Source of the DNA: Chiloscyllium plagiosum
Taxonomy: Eukaryota
DNA: 64,000 bases
Direction: 5' to 3'
Assembly: GCF_004010195.1 (NCBI RefSeq)
Contig: NC_057713.1
Coordinates: 77,496,360-77,560,359 of the forward strand
The position numbers were made by a program, and so were the translations under genes. Shown here piece after piece: positions 1-13,345 of the stretch (the first letter of the stretch is position 1; each line of letters starts with the position of its first letter). The notes beneath the pieces were generated by a model. That model did no database searches and had not been told where the DNA came from. It saw only the letters and a program-made list of their open reading frames with translations.

Positions 1-351
1 CAAAGGCTGAAACTTAAAATATCCCTCTTGCTTTCATCTCCTCAGTTCAGTAAGCTTCACACAGTCAGGAAGAAGAGATCACAGCCCAAGTGAGTATGCA
101 GTTTGGGGAATTTGGAGACAGCATGGGAATTTAAGGCAGAGGGAAAGAGGTGCTTTGTGGATGCCTTTTGGGCTCGTAGTTTGTAAGGATTTTATAACCG
201 AATAAATTAAAGCCCAGGATCAGGGGCCCAGCACAAAACAGACATTCCAAATAGACTGTAAGTTCATTTGTTGGTGTTAGCTACTGATTTGACTATTTAT
301 TATAAATTACTTTCAGATTAAAGGTAAACAGGGGAAATATTGATAGATTAT

Positions 352-696
352 ATCATAGAATCCCTACAGTGTGAAAACAGGCTCTTCAGTCCAACAAATC
401 CACACTGACCCTCCAAAGAGTAACCCACCCAGACTCATTCCCCTACCCTATATTTACCTCTGACTAATGCACCCAACCTACACATCCCTGAACTCTGTGG
501 GCAATTTAGCATTGCCAGTTCAAATAACCTACACACCTTTGAACAGTGGGAGGAAACCAGAGCACCCGAAGGAAACCTATGCAGACACTGGAAGAATGTG
601 TAAACTCCACACAGACAGTCACCTGATGCTGGAATCAAACCCGGGTTCCTGGTGCTGCAAGGTTGCAGTGCTAAACCTTGAGCCTTTGTGCCACCC
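352..696 (-). mobile_element. HE1-like tRNA-derived V-SINE
   Basis: Reverse strand begins gggtggcacaaaggctcaagg (A box), then cccgggtttgattccagc (B box), V-domain-like ctgtgtggagtttacac, and a CR1-derived tail cctgttttcacactgtagggattctatga. Confidence 0.9.
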
Positions 697-1163
697 AAAA
701 TAAAATGCCAGTAAAATGTTTTTTAAACATCAAATTAAGAGCTAAATAAGGAAAATAGAAATGCCAGGCTAAACAGTTGTGTTGTAACAGCATGACATGA
801 CAGCTGGTGGATCGCATTGTGGTCTGTGACCACATTCACAAGTTTTAGTTGCTTGAGGAACTCCAGCTCAGAGTTGATCAGCTGGCGACTGAGCTTTGGA
901 CATGGTGATATATCAGGGAGGGGGATAGTTAACTGGATGCTGTGTTTCAGGAGGCAGTCACATTCTTTAGATTAGCTACTTCAAATTTGGTCAGTGATAG
1001 GCAGGTGTGACTACCAGCAAGACTGGTAGAGAGATCCAGGACGCAGTGTTAAAGGAGCCTCAGCCCTCTTGAGCTTGTTTAACAGGTTTGAAATTTTTGC
1101 CGTTTGTGTAGATGAAAGTGAGGGCTATAAGAAGGATCAGCAAACTGAGGATAGCGCGTGATA

Positions 1164-1390
1164 AAGTCGGTTCTGCTACAACACTGATTTCTTCAATTAG
1201 CTATAATGCGAATTAGCTTTAACACGATTAAAGAATTTAGACCATTATTTGTAGAACATGAACTTTCCTTACCTGTACGGGTTATAGCACGATTCTGGCC
1301 CATTAGTTTAAATAGTGCTGTTATTACACGCTTTTCTCATAACACGGGTTGCACGGGAATGAAACTATTGCGTTATATCAAAACCAATTG
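1164..1390. mobile_element. Tc1/mariner (Tigger-like) MITE inserted in CR1 ORF1
   Basis: Imperfect TIRs: aagtcggttctgctacaac at the left, and the right end reverse-complemented is caattggttttgatataac. TA precedes the left end. CR1 ORF1 resumes after 1390. Confidence 0.7.
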
Positions 1391-2313
1391 TTCAAGAGAG
1401 GAGAGAAAAGAGAAATGTCATTGTAATTCGGAATTTTATTCCCCATTTATTCCGTGTGGCCAGGACCAAGAGTCCCAAAGGCTGTGTTGCCAGCCTGGTG
1501 GCCAGGTTCAGGATATCTCATCGGGGCTGCAGAGGAATCTGGAGTGGGAGGAGAAGAATCCATTTGCTGTGGTCCACGTAGGTTGCAACAGTAGATGGAA
1601 AAAAGATGGAAGAGGTTCTGCTGAGGAAATATGAACAGTCAGGATCTCAATTGAAAAGCAGAATCAAAAAGGTAATAATCTCTGAATTACTAACAGAACT
1701 ACAAACAAATTGGTGCAGCGTCAACAAGACTAAAGAGGTAAATAAATGGGTCAAAGATTGGCTTGGCAGAAATGGGCTCAAATTCATGGGACATTGGCAC
1801 CAGCAAGGGTGAAGGATGGAGTGATCCTGATTAAATGGGCTTCGCCTGAATAATGCTGCGACCAGAATCCTGGTGAATCACATAACTGGGGCTGTGGATA
1901 TGGCTGTGAGCTAAATAGTGGAATGAGGGTGGGGGGTCATTTGCATGATAATTATGGAAAACCTTTAAGGGTAGGGAGGGCTCAGGCTTATAGTTTTCAT
2001 ATGCTCTGTCCTATTGTTATGGAAAGGGTCAGGAATTTTACTTGAGACACAGCAGATAAGGGGACAACTATGAGAAAGATAGTGCCGAGGGTGTTGTGCT
2101 TAATTGCACACAATACACAAAACAAGGTAAATGAGCTTGTACTTCAGATTGAAATTGGCAGATATGATGTATCACAGAGACATGGCTGCAAGGGGATGAG
2201 GGCTGGAAACAGAATATCCAAGGATCCAGATGAGGCGGATTTCCATGTTAGTAAGAAATTAATTTAAATTGATAGCAAAAAGCGACATAAGGTTTGAAGG
2301 CATAGAAACTGTG

Positions 2314-3609
2314 GGAGAGAGCGAGGACTGCAGCTGCTGGACATCAGTTTAAAAGTGTGGTCTTGGGAAAGCACAGCCGGTCAGGCAGCATCCGAGGAGT
2401 CAACATTTCGACCATAAGCTCTTCATCAGGAATGTGTGAAGGTTGGGGGGGTGGAGGGGGGTGGGTAGAAGGGGACAGAGATAAATGGGAGGGGCTGGGG
2501 GAAGGTAGCTGGGAGTGTGATAGGTCAATGAAGGTGATGGGTGATGGTAATAGGTCAGAGAGGATGGTGGAGCAGATAGGTGGGAAGGCAGATGGACAGG
2601 TAGGACAGTTCCTGAAGGCAGTGCTGAGTTGGAGGGTTGGATCTGGGATAAGGTGGGGGAGGGGAGATCAGGAAACTGATGAAATCCGCATTGATTCCTT
2701 GTGGTTGGAGGGTCCCAAGGTGGAAGATGAATGTGTTCTTCCTGTTGTCGTAGGGTGGCTCAGATTTGGTGGTGGAGGAGGCCCAGAGCTTGCATGTCCT
2801 TAGTGGAATGGGAGGGGGAGTTGAAGTGTTCGGCCACAGGGCGGTGGGGTTGTGATGCGGGTGTCCTGGAGATGTTCTCTAAAACATTCCCAAGTGGCGC
2901 CCTGTCTCCCAATGTAGAGGAGACCACAGTGAGAGCAACGGATACAATAGATGAGGTGTTTGGAGGTGCAGGAAAATCTCTGCTGGATGTGGAATGATAA
3001 TTTTGGAGCCTTGGATAGAGGTGAGGGTGGAGGTGTGGGCGCAGATTTTGCACCTCTTGCGGTGGCAAGAGAAGGTGCTGGGAGTGGAGAGTGGGTTGGT
3101 GGGGGAGGTAGACCAAACAGGGATTTGTGGAGGAAATGGTGTCTGCAGAATGCTGAAAGGGTGGGGAGGGAAATACATCTTGGATGGTGGGGTCTGACTA
3201 TAGATGGTGGAAATGGCAGAGGATAATGCATTGTATCTGGAGGTTGGTGTGGTGGAAGGTGAGGACCGGGGTATTCTATCCTTGTTGCGGTTGGAGGAGT
3301 GGGGTTCAAGGGTGGAGGTACAGGAAATGGAGGAGATGCACTGGAGGGCATTGTTGACCAAGTGGGAGGGGAAATTGCGGTCCTTGAAGTAGAAGGTCAT
3401 CCGGGATGTTCTGGATTGGAATTGGTCGTCCTGGGAGCAGATGAGGCGGAGAAATTGGGAGTAAGGGATAGTGTTTTTAATGGAGGTGAGGTGAAAGGAG
3501 AGGTAGTTCAGGTAGCTGTGGGATTCAGTGGGTTTGATCTCTATGGCTGTGTTGACTCAGTCGCTGGAAATGGAGGTGGAAAGGTCCAGGAAGGGGAGAG
3601 AGGTGTCCA
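2314..3609 (-). mobile_element. 5'-truncated Penelope-like element (RT C-terminus + GIY-YIG endonuclease, Neptune-type)
   Basis: Minus frames 'CHRKRCKIC...' and 'FSCTSKHLIYCIRCSHCGLLYIG' (GIY-YIG), 'PVAEHFNSPSHS'. PLE terminus ggagagagcgaggactgcagctgctgg. TSD-like agaaactgtg (2304-2313) / agaatctgtg (3610-3619). Confidence 0.92.
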
Positions 3610-4300
3610 AGAATCTGTGTAGGTCAAGTTGAGGAACTGTCAAGGAAAATAAACCCTGATGTAAGATATATACAGACCTCGCAGCAATAGTCAGGATGTG
3701 GGGAACAAAATAAATCAGAAGAAACAAAAGGTATGCAAGAAAGGCACTATTACAACAATCATGAAGCACGTCAATATGCAGGTGGACTGGAAAAATCCAG
3801 TTTGTAGCGGATCTCAAGAAAAGGAATTAGTGGAATGTCTATGAGATGGTTTTCTTTGGAGCAGCTTGGGAAGTAAAGCCCACTGGAGAACAGGCAATTC
3901 CAGATTTAGTGATGTGTAATGAGACACTTGATTAGGGAGCTGAAGATAAAAGAACCCAGAGGAGTCAGTGACCATAATATGATAGAACACCCTGCAATTT
4001 GAAAGGAGAATCTCAAATTAGATGTAATGAAATTACAATTGAGTGAAGGTATGAGCAAGGAGCTGGCCAGAGCTGATTGGAGGGTAATTCCAGAAATACA
4101 GCAGAAATTCATTGTAATTCATACTAAGGGAAAGACCAGCGAACCACAGTTGGCAAGGGGAATCAGGGACAACAGAAAAGCAAAAGAAACAGCATACCAC
4201 CTGATGAAGATTAGTGAGAAGCCAGAGGATTGGGAAGTCTGTAAAAACCAGCAGTGGATAACGAATAAAGCAAGAAGTGGGGAGAAAATGAAATATGAGA

Positions 4301-4620
4301 GGGTGGCTCAGTGTTTGGCATTGCTGCCTTACAGCGCCAGGGACCCGGGTTTGATTCCAACCTCAGGCGACTATCTGTGTGGAGGTTATATGTTCTTCCA
4401 TCTCTGTGTGGGTGTGCTCCGGTTTCCTCCCATAATCCAAAGATATGAAGCTTAGGTCAATTGGCCATGCTAAATTGCCCACAGTGATCAGGAATGTGTA
4501 GGTTAACTGCATTAGTCAGGGGTAAATGTGAGTTGGGGGAGTGGGTTGCTCTTCAGAGGGTCGGTGTGGACTTATTGGGCTGAAAGGCCTGTTTCCACAC
4601 TGCAGGCTTTCTAACTCTAA
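4301..4620 (+). mobile_element. HE1-like V-SINE nested in CR1 ORF2
   Basis: gggtggctcagtg (A box), gggtttgattcc (B box), ctgtgtggag V-domain-like core, tail aggcctgtttccacactg; homologous to 352-696. Confidence 0.9.
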
Positions 4621-6664
4621 ACCAAGATTGCAAGTTATTTTAGATATGTAAAAGGGTAAGAAAGAGGCAAGAGTGAACATTGGACAGCTGGAAAATGAGA
4701 ATGGAGAAGTGGTAACTGAGATCAAAGAAATGGCAAAGGAGCTGAATAAGTATGTTGCATCAGTTTGCACAGTGGAAGACGCCAACAGCATTCTCGAAAT
4801 TCAAGCGAGGGATAACTTCGAATTAGGGTTAGAAGTGAGTTTAGTGGTCATCACGAAGTAGAAGGTGATAGATCTGAAGGGAATAAATCATCCGGACCAC
4901 ATTGACTATACCACAAAGTTCTGGAAGAGATAGCTGAGGACATTTAAAGATATTATTGGTGATCTTTCAGAAAACACTGGAGTCAGGGAGGGTCCCAGAG
5001 GACTGGGAAATAGCTCATGTAACGCTCATTTTTAAGAAGTGAGGGAGACAGGAGACTGGAAACTTTAGGGTGATTGCCCTGACCTCGATCACTGATAATA
5101 TTTTAGAGACCATTATTTAGATGTGATTGCTGAGTACTTGGAAGTGCATGGTGAAAAGGGCTGAGTCAGCACAACTTCACCAAGGGGAGGTCATGCCTGG
5201 AGGTCATGCCTTTGAGGATGTCTGCATAAGTTAGACAAAGGAGAGGCAGTGGATTGGTCTATTTGGATTTCTAGACTGCCTTTGACAAGGTATTGCACAT
5301 GAGACAAATTAATAAGTATCCATGGTGTTAGGGGCAAAGTACTGGCATGGATAGAGGGTTGGCTGACTGCCAGAAGGCAGAGAGTGGAATTAAAGGTGCT
5401 TTTTCAGGATAGCATCCAGTGAATAGTAGAGTTCCGTAGGAGTCCGTGTTGGGATGACAACCTTTTACATGATACATTAGTGATCTGGACAAAGGAACTG
5501 AGGGTATCTTTGCTAAATTTGCAGATGACACAAACTAAGTTGGAGGGACAGGTAGTGTTGAGGAAGCAGAAAGGTTACAGAAGCAGTTGGATAGGCTCAG
5601 AGAGATGGCAGAGAAGTGGCACATGAAATACAATGTGGAGAAATGTGAGGTTATGCATTTTGGCTAGAAGAAGAGGCTGAGATTATTTTCTAAATGCGGA
5701 AAGGCTTTGGAAATCTGCAGCACAAAGGGACCTAGGAGTTCACGATTCAAGGTTTGCATAAGGTTAACATGTAGGTTCAATTCACAGTTAGGAAGGCAAA
5801 TTCAATAGTAGCATTCATTTCAAGAGGGTTAGAATGCAAGAGATCAAGTGCTGAAGTTGTATAATGCTCTGGTCTGACTACATTTGGAATATTGTGAGCA
5901 GTCTTTGACCCCTTACCTGTGGGTCAGATGTGCTGATGTTGGAGAAGATCCAAAGGAAGTTTAATAGAATGATCCTGGGGATGAAGGGCTAGTAATATGA
6001 GGAGCAGTGAAGGTTCTTGAACTGTACTCAGTGGAGTTCAGAATGAACAGGGGTGTTCTCATTGAAACGTACAGAATACTGAGAGGCATGGATAGAGTGA
6101 ACATGGAGACGTTTCCACTTTTAGGAGAGACTAGGACCCAAGGGCACAGCCTCAAAATGAAAGGATGACCTTTTAGAAGTGAGATGAGAAGGAATTTCTT
6201 CAGCCAGCTGGTCGTTAATGTGTGGAGTTCATTGCGACAGAAGGCAGTGGAGGCCATCACTGAGTGTATTTAAGACAGAGATAGATATGTTCTTGATTCA
6301 TAAGGAAATCAAGGTTTATGGGGAGAAGGCAGGGTTGAGAAACCCATCAGCCATGGTCAAATGGCAGATCAGATGTGATGGGCTGAATAACCTAATTCTG
6401 TTCCTATATCTTATGGTGTTCTCTCTATAAAATCTTCATCAATGCCAATCTATTGCTATCTTCCCAACTCCAATGGCCACTAACAACCCCATGTCAATCT
6501 ACACAACTCCTTTAACTCCTCATATCCCATGTATCATCAAAACATCCCCATAGCCTTTTATATCAACTTACTGCCTACTCATAAAACCCACCACTGGGGT
6601 TACAACAGTACTGTCATTACTCTTCTATATTTATGGAAGACACAAAAAGAGAACATGAGTCAAC

Positions 6665-6750
6665 AAAAGAACACAGAAACTGCCAAAAAAGCTCACCAGG
6701 TCAGTTAGCATCTGTGGAGAGGAGTTCAGCTTTCAATAGATCAACCTTCT
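6665..6750 (-). mobile_element. Old PLE terminal remnant
   Basis: aagctcaccaggtcagttagcatctgtggagag resembles PLE termini at 14484 and 42758. Confidence 0.5.
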
Positions 6751-7161
6751 CTTCCCACTCTCTGGACAAAAGGAACTCTGTCCTCTCTTTCACTGTCCCC
6801 TAAAAGACCTCCAGTTTGTTGTAAGGAAAAGGCAGAGCAGTTCTGCCCTGGATTTGTGGCTGCTTCTTCAACTGATTGTGCAATCATTCATGGTGTGTGT
6901 AAATGCACATTTCTGCTTCTATTCTTACCCCCGACACTGCTGTTTGGGTGCCCAATGCATCCTCTAGTTTATTAGCAGCCTGCTTCTGAAAAAAATGGAA
7001 AATGTGAATGTGACCCCAGGAGAGGGAGTTGGGGTTATAACCTGGAAGCAGTCCTGACATTACTTTCTTTTTGGAGTGGGAAAGGTAAAGTCCTTATCTA
7101 ATGCAATTTATTGTTAACCACTCTTCAGCATGTTGAATTTTCCAACTGGTCTGCTTGTATT

Positions 7162-7891
7162 TGTCATGAAAGTATAAAGGTACCATACCTTTAAGAGAGT
7201 TGAAAAGTCAGCAAAACTGCTTGATACAGCACAAAGTATTCTGAACAAGGTAACAATGTGACACATAGTCGACACAAACAGAGTAGATGGGTTGCCATGA
7301 GACAAAACAAATTCAAATTTGGCCAATCAGTTTAAAATATACCCAAAGATATAAAACTCCAATCAAGTTTGAAGTTCATATTTTGATAATGTTAAAATCA
7401 ATGAAACAATCCAATGTTTTGGGGTATAAAACAGGACATTATTGAACAGTTGAGAGAGAACTGCCAAAAGATCAACAGATGTAGGCTGCTAGTTTACGAG
7501 TCCTCTGAGAGATACCTGTCTGGGGAGGGACAGCAAAACATCAAAACCAACCTGGAGACAGAATCTAGAGAGGAAATCTACAGAGGAAACTCAACAAAGC
7601 TGACTGGTTTTGAAATGTGATTTGTTTTCATAAATCGTAATCAGGATTTTTTTTATCAGACTGGTATTATAGAGTGGGAGGTAAAATGTAGGTTTAAGAG
7701 AAAAGAGTTGTAAATAGTTGTTAGTTAATATTCTCTGTTAGACCGAAAGAATAAAGTTGTTAATTTTTACTTTAAATAGTGACTTTTGGGATAGTTCTTT
7801 GCCTCTCAAATTTGAACAGATTGCAGCACGAGGTGAGCTTCTCTGTGTGTTGGGTTTAAATTAGCAGAGAGGTATACCCCGTGTCATAACA
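7162..7891 (+). mobile_element. Candidate solo LTR (730 bp)
   Basis: Termini tgtcatga...tcataaca (TG..CA, 8-bp inverted repeat with 1 mismatch). Flanks tgtatt/tgtaat (6-bp TSD, 1 mismatch). TATAAAA at ~7426 and AATAAA at ~7750 are in LTR order. Confidence 0.65.
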
Positions 7892-8984
7892 TGTAATATC
7901 CCTTTCAGACAGTTGTGATTTTTTTTTTCCTTTTCAGACAGTTGTAGCCTGGGTCACTTTGTGTTCTGTAATCTGCAGAGTCCATTTGCAAGATTTCTGC
8001 TTTCTCCTACTGACCTCTTATTCCCTGAGCCTGCTGTATTTGATCCAAATCCTTCCCCATTTGAAGCAGATTTCTCTGAAATACTGTAATGTTAGATAAA
8101 TTTCTTCTCCAATGTTCCACAAGGCTGCATCTAGCTAGAAAGCTTTCTCTCTCTGATTCTATGGTGCTCTCTAGGGCCTATAACAGTTTGAATTATCCAT
8201 AAATTGTAACAGGCTATCTTCGTCTTCACACTGCTCTCTCTGACATTGGAACTTCAGCATACTTGAATAAAAGCTAGAAATTCTGCACCTGACTTGCTCC
8301 TGTCAATCAAAACGGTGTCAGGGTATTTTACCTTGCCAACTCACCCACACGTAACAGTTGAACATTTTCCTGGTTCAAGACATCAATGATAGTTGGCTGG
8401 AAACTGTTTGTTTACCTTTCTTGTTGGTCAACAGAACACTTTCAAAAGTCCAAATCAAAAATTACTTGCAAAATTTTGCAAAAGAATATACCATCAAACA
8501 GATTCAACGTTAATGTGTGATGTTAGACCAAGAATGTAACTGTCCTTGCTAACATTTTGGAATGTGAGTCTCCGAGGAATCCATATACACGTAACAGGAA
8601 GTCCAATTATTCACATATTGCTGTGACTGTTCAGTAACTTCATTATATTCATCCAGAGTAATAACTAATATGTACATTTTTTTTCTGTTTCGATTAATTT
8701 GTCCTTTCATTCACGTGATATTTCAAGCTGCCTCGCCAATACTAAAGTACCTTACATATTTGATGAGAATCATTTTTGGGTAATACTTTAAGTTAACAAG
8801 GAAAACCAAACACTGCCAGATCTTGTTTTAATTTCCAAATATTATAATCCCTCAGCGGAATTATTTTGCACAGTAAACGGAAGAGCAGAGGAACATGTAA
8901 CAAAAGTAGACTTCTCAAAAACTGGAGCCTGTTCCACCAAAGGAATATTGAGTTATGGATCAAACAAAAAAAATACATAAATTA

Positions 8985-9260
8985 CTAAAGAAACTCCATG
9001 GTTTTGCAGCAACTGTGTAGAGAAAGCAGACTTAAGAATTCAAGTCCAGTGATCCTTCTTCATCATGGTAGCATTTAAGAAAATATTGTACTTATGCTAA
9101 TGATGATGATGGGGGAATAGGAGTAGGCAGATAAGTGAACAAAGAGCACCGACAGAGAGAGAAAAAATGATAGGCAGACAGATTGTTGATACTAGGGAAG
9201 AAAAAAAGATAAATTGATGATAATGGCGACTACTGTTTATAGAGTATATATAATGTGTGA
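8985..9260 (-). mobile_element. Old PLE 3' remnant
   Basis: aaactcc...tgtgtagagaaagcag...aagtccagtgatccttcttca followed by a purine-rich tract, similar to other PLE ends in the window. Confidence 0.5.
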
Positions 9261-9269
9261 TATATGTAG

Positions 9270-10535
9270 TGTTATAGCCCCTCATGTCTTTTTAAAATCT
9301 TTTTTCCTTCACTTTAAAAAATACGCCCCCTAGTCTTGAAGTCCCCCACCCAAGGAAAAGATACCTGCCATTCATCTTACCTATACCTGTCATGATTTTA
9401 TGAACATCTACAAGGTCACCCTTCAAACTGCTTTGCTTCAGCGAAAAATGTCCCAGCCTATCCAGCCTCTCCTTATAACTCAACCCCTCCATTCTTGGTA
9501 AATCTCTTCTGAACCCTTTCCAGCTTAATAATATCTTTCCTATAACAGGTTGACCAGAACAAAAGAGGCCCCACTAATGTTCTGTACAACCTCAACACAA
9601 CATTCCAACTCTTATTATCAATGGTCTGAGGAAGGAAGAAAAGTATACCAAATGCTTCTTAACCATGCTGTCTATATTTAAAACAAACTTCAAAGAATTA
9701 TGTACCCAAATCCCGAGTTCCTTTGTTCTATAACATTACTCAAGGTCCTACTTTAAATTATTCAAGTCCGACCCTTGTTTGTTTTTACCAAAATGCAATA
9801 TCTCACATTTATCCAAATTGAACTCTATCTGCCACTTTTTAGCCCATTGACCCAGTTGATCAAGACATTTTGGTGATTTTAGATAACGTTCTTCACTGTC
9901 CACTATGCCATCAATTTTGGTACAATCTGCAAAGTTACTAACTATGCCTTCTATATTCTTCTCTAAATCATTTATATAAATGACAAACAAAAGACAACCT
10001 AACACTGATCCCTGTGAATCACTGCTGATCATAGGCCTCCAGTCTGAAAAACAACCTTCTACCATCACTCTGTCATCTGCCATCAATTTTATATCCAATT
10101 GGCAAGCTTATCCTGAATCTCATATGATCTAATTTTACTATTTAATCTACAATGTGGAACCTTGTCAAAAGCTTTACTAATGTCCAAGTAAACAATGCCT
10201 ACCGCTTTGCCCTCATAAATCTTGGATTCTTGCTCAAAACCTCAACCAAGTTGATATGATTTCCCTCGCACAAAACAATGCTTACTATCCCTGAACATTC
10301 CTTGCTTCTCCAAATGCATATAAATCCTTTCTTTCAGAATCACCTCCAACAACTTATTTACCACTGAAGTCAGGCTCACAGGTCTATAGTTCCCACACTT
10401 CTCCTTACATTTGTTTTTACACAAAGGCACAGTATCAGCCACACTCCAATCATTTGACACCTCACTCGTAGTTATAGTTGATATAACTATTTCTGTAAGG
10501 GATCCTACAATGTCCTGCCTCACTTCCCACAATGT
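9270..10535 (-). mobile_element. CR1/HER1-type LINE RT fragment
   Basis: ORFs 'GNYRPVSLTSVVNKLLE', 'QGSVLGCLLFVIYINDL...FADCTKI', 'LSYKERLDRLGHFSL'. Confidence 0.92.
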
Positions 10536-11017
10536 GCCTCAGTGCATATGCATGAGTTTGTTTGTTTGGGTGTGAGTAGTGTTGTATGGCTGGTTTAAGA
10601 GATGGAGTGGCTACTAATTACCTGTAATATTTTCTTGGAGCTCTTCCCTGTTGCTAACAGTATACTTTTGAGAAAGAGTTCAGGTCTGCCGGTTGCTCAC
10701 TTAAATGCCTAACCAAAAAATAGCAATGATACTGCAGATCTTTCACAGACCACTTTAAATGGGCAGATTTAGTGTCCTTTGAGGTTTAAATCTGAAATCT
10801 CCAAAATGAAAGGCAATATAAAAGTCCCATGCAACCCAATTATGCAACTATCACAAAAAGCTCTGTAAACTACAATCTGTGATTGAGTATGTTCATAATA
10901 TGGTTTTAAAAAAAGTGTTTAAAATGCATAGATGTAATTTGCAGTATTTAATATTTGAATATAGATACAATATATTTCCAATAGTGGTTGTGGTTTGGTT
11001 TAAATTGATTGATTTGG

Positions 11018-11395
11018 CTCAAAGAACAGTACAGCACAGGAACAGGCCATTCATCCCTCCAAGCCTGCGCCAACACACTTTTTCCCATCGCACTAAAACT
11101 GTCTTCACTTACAAGATCCATATCCCGCCATTCCCTTCTTATTCATGTATTCATCCAGCTGCTTCTTGAATGCTGCTGTTGTGTTTGCTTCCACCAATTC
11201 ATCTGGCAGCGCATTCCAAGTACTTACCACCCTTTGTGTGCAAAACTTGCTTCGCACATCTCTTTTAAATTCCCCACCCACCCCCTCTACATCTTGAATC
11301 TATGTTCCTTGTAATTGATCCTCCCACCCTGGGGAAAAGACTCCTACTTTCTACTCTATCCTTACCATTCACAATCTTATAAACTTCTATCATGC
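11018..11395 (-). mobile_element. CR1 3' end fragment
   Basis: caaagaacagtacagcacaggaacaggccattc is the reverse complement of a CR1 3' tail. Confidence 0.75.
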
Positions 11396-12954
11396 TCAGT
11401 TTCTCATACGGAACTAATAAGTGTTGCCAACTTACATAACAAGCAATTGAAGAGCATTGACTTCTTTGATGTAATAATCCAGTCGTATGTCAAAAGATTA
11501 TGAAACTATTTTTGTTCTAACTTAAGTATTAATGTTCACTAGATTTGTAAAAGGTTATGGAAGAGTTATTCACTATGTTGTGCGTGATTGAACAATCAAG
11601 CTGAGAATGACATGCCAATTTGTATTATTCACTTTGATAGTTACACAGAGGAACACAGTGTCAAATGTCATATATTATAGAAACACAAAAGCAATTAGTA
11701 TTGTGAATTTAGGGTTTATGGACAATTTAGGATCAGGCAGCATTGACACACACAAACCTAAATATAACAATAGTGCTTATGATTTGTTGAAGAAATTTAA
11801 TTAATTGATTTTAAAATACTTTCAGGTTTGTAAATACTTCTTGGGAAATAATTGTGAAATTCATACTTCAGTCTTCAGTGGGTTATCCATTCTTCATTGG
11901 CATGTTAGATTGATCGACAATTTTTCCAGCAAATATGTTTTTGTTAACTTGGGTAGGCAATTTGGAATGAAGCATGTGAAGGCATAATGTTAATTAAGTT
12001 GCATAATTTTCAAAAGGTTGCAAAAGCCTTTGAGGGCTGAAAGGCCTTTTGCTGCTCCTATTTATTTTTTATAATTTTAAAAAATTCTTTATGAAACAGT
12101 AACTTCAGGATTAAATATATTATTTTAAGGTGACAGAACAAGTTGATGAGGATGCTAAAAATGCACACTGTACCCTGAGCTTCACAGAAGGAGAAAAGGA
12201 AATTTAAATCTCACAAAATGCGTGAAACAAATCGACAGGGATGCTTTAAAAACGCAAGCATGGGAAGTTTCACCCTAAACTGTGCTAGCATAATCACTTG
12301 AAGTAATTAACAAAGGTAGAGTTTGGGGAGGCAGTGTAGCTGCAGTTCACTAACCTGGAAAAGACGTATCATTAAACAATATAATAAGACCTCACGTATT
12401 AAGACCATTCTTAAATTTAGCCATTCTATGTTATGTTTCCTGGAACTTGGGAAATCTGACAGTTGAAAATAAATAGGAATGGTGAGATTCAGCAAGCTAG
12501 ATTTTTCCAGCATTGTTTTTAATCAAAAGAAGGGGGTGTTCTTCAACCAAGTCCATCAAACTAAACTTTTTCAAATTCTGTGATACAGTTTTAGGTACTC
12601 TCTGTACAATTTTATTATCCCATCTCCAAATTGTTCCTCTGCGTCTCCCTTTGCCTATGTCCTCCCAGGTGTTCCACAATATCGCCCTGATCCATAATCT
12701 CACCCTCCCTCCTTTCTTCTGTTATTTGTCATCTGTGCTTCATAGTTGTGGACTTATAACACAGTTTTTTTTTCCCCAGCTGAAGGCAGTCAGCCTATCA
12801 TTCTGGCTGAGAATAAGTTAGAAATAAAGTCATAAGAGTTAAATGAAGCCCTAACTTTAATTATATTTGGCACAACATCCAAGAAAACTGCACTGCTGTA
12901 TTTCTGAACAGCTATAATTTTGTCCAACTTGCTTCCTTTATTCCTTGTAACTAT

Positions 12955-13345
12955 TAAAACAAGGAAATTATGTTAAACTTATAAAAATCATCTCTATTTA
13001 GTCATCAGTTGGACGAATGAGTCTGATTCTGGGCTTCACATTTTATGGAGGATGTCAAGATGTTATAGAGGGAGCAGAGGAGATTTACTGTAAGACTGTT
13101 TCTCATCAACCTCTTCAGAGATGTTTTTGCATACTTCTGGAACAGGTGGGATTTGAACCCCAGGCTCAAAAGTAGAGATACTATCACTGCACCACTGTGA
13201 TTTATTCCCATGATACCAAGGATGGGTGACTTAAGCTGTGCAGAGAGGCCAGGAAAATTGGAATTGTTCTCTTTAGAATTAGATATTTCTATGAAAATTC
13301 AATAGACCTGTTCAAAATCATACACAGTTTTTACAGCAGATAGGT
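12955..13345 (+). mobile_element. Old CR1 C-terminal fragment with a nested tRNA-SINE head (~13095-13197, minus strand)
   Basis: attctgggcttcacattttatggaggatgtc...gagcagaggagatttac resembles CR1; gggatttgaaccc is a reverse B box. Confidence 0.55.

Larger units (their letters stand above)
100..6425 (+). mobile_element. Near full-length decayed CR1-clade LINE (ORF1 Zn-finger/esterase; ORF2 APE endonuclease + RT; 3' tail), interrupted by 4 nested insertions
   Basis: ORF1 remnants from ~760 and esterase-like 'CCQPGGQVQDISSGLQRNLEWEEKNPFAVVHVGCN' (~1480-1590). APE start 'RVLCLIAHNTQNKVNELVLQIEIGRYDV' (2070-2170). RT motif tttgcagatgacaca (FADDT, ~5518). CR1-type 3' end 'gggctgaataacctaattctgttcctatatcttatgg' (~6380-6420). 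5' boundary uncertain. Confidence 0.9.

Noticed and set aside
4301-4370. tRNA genes (also ~620-696, 13150, 16055, 62610)
   Set aside because: The A/B boxes belong to SINE heads; no intact cloverleaf.
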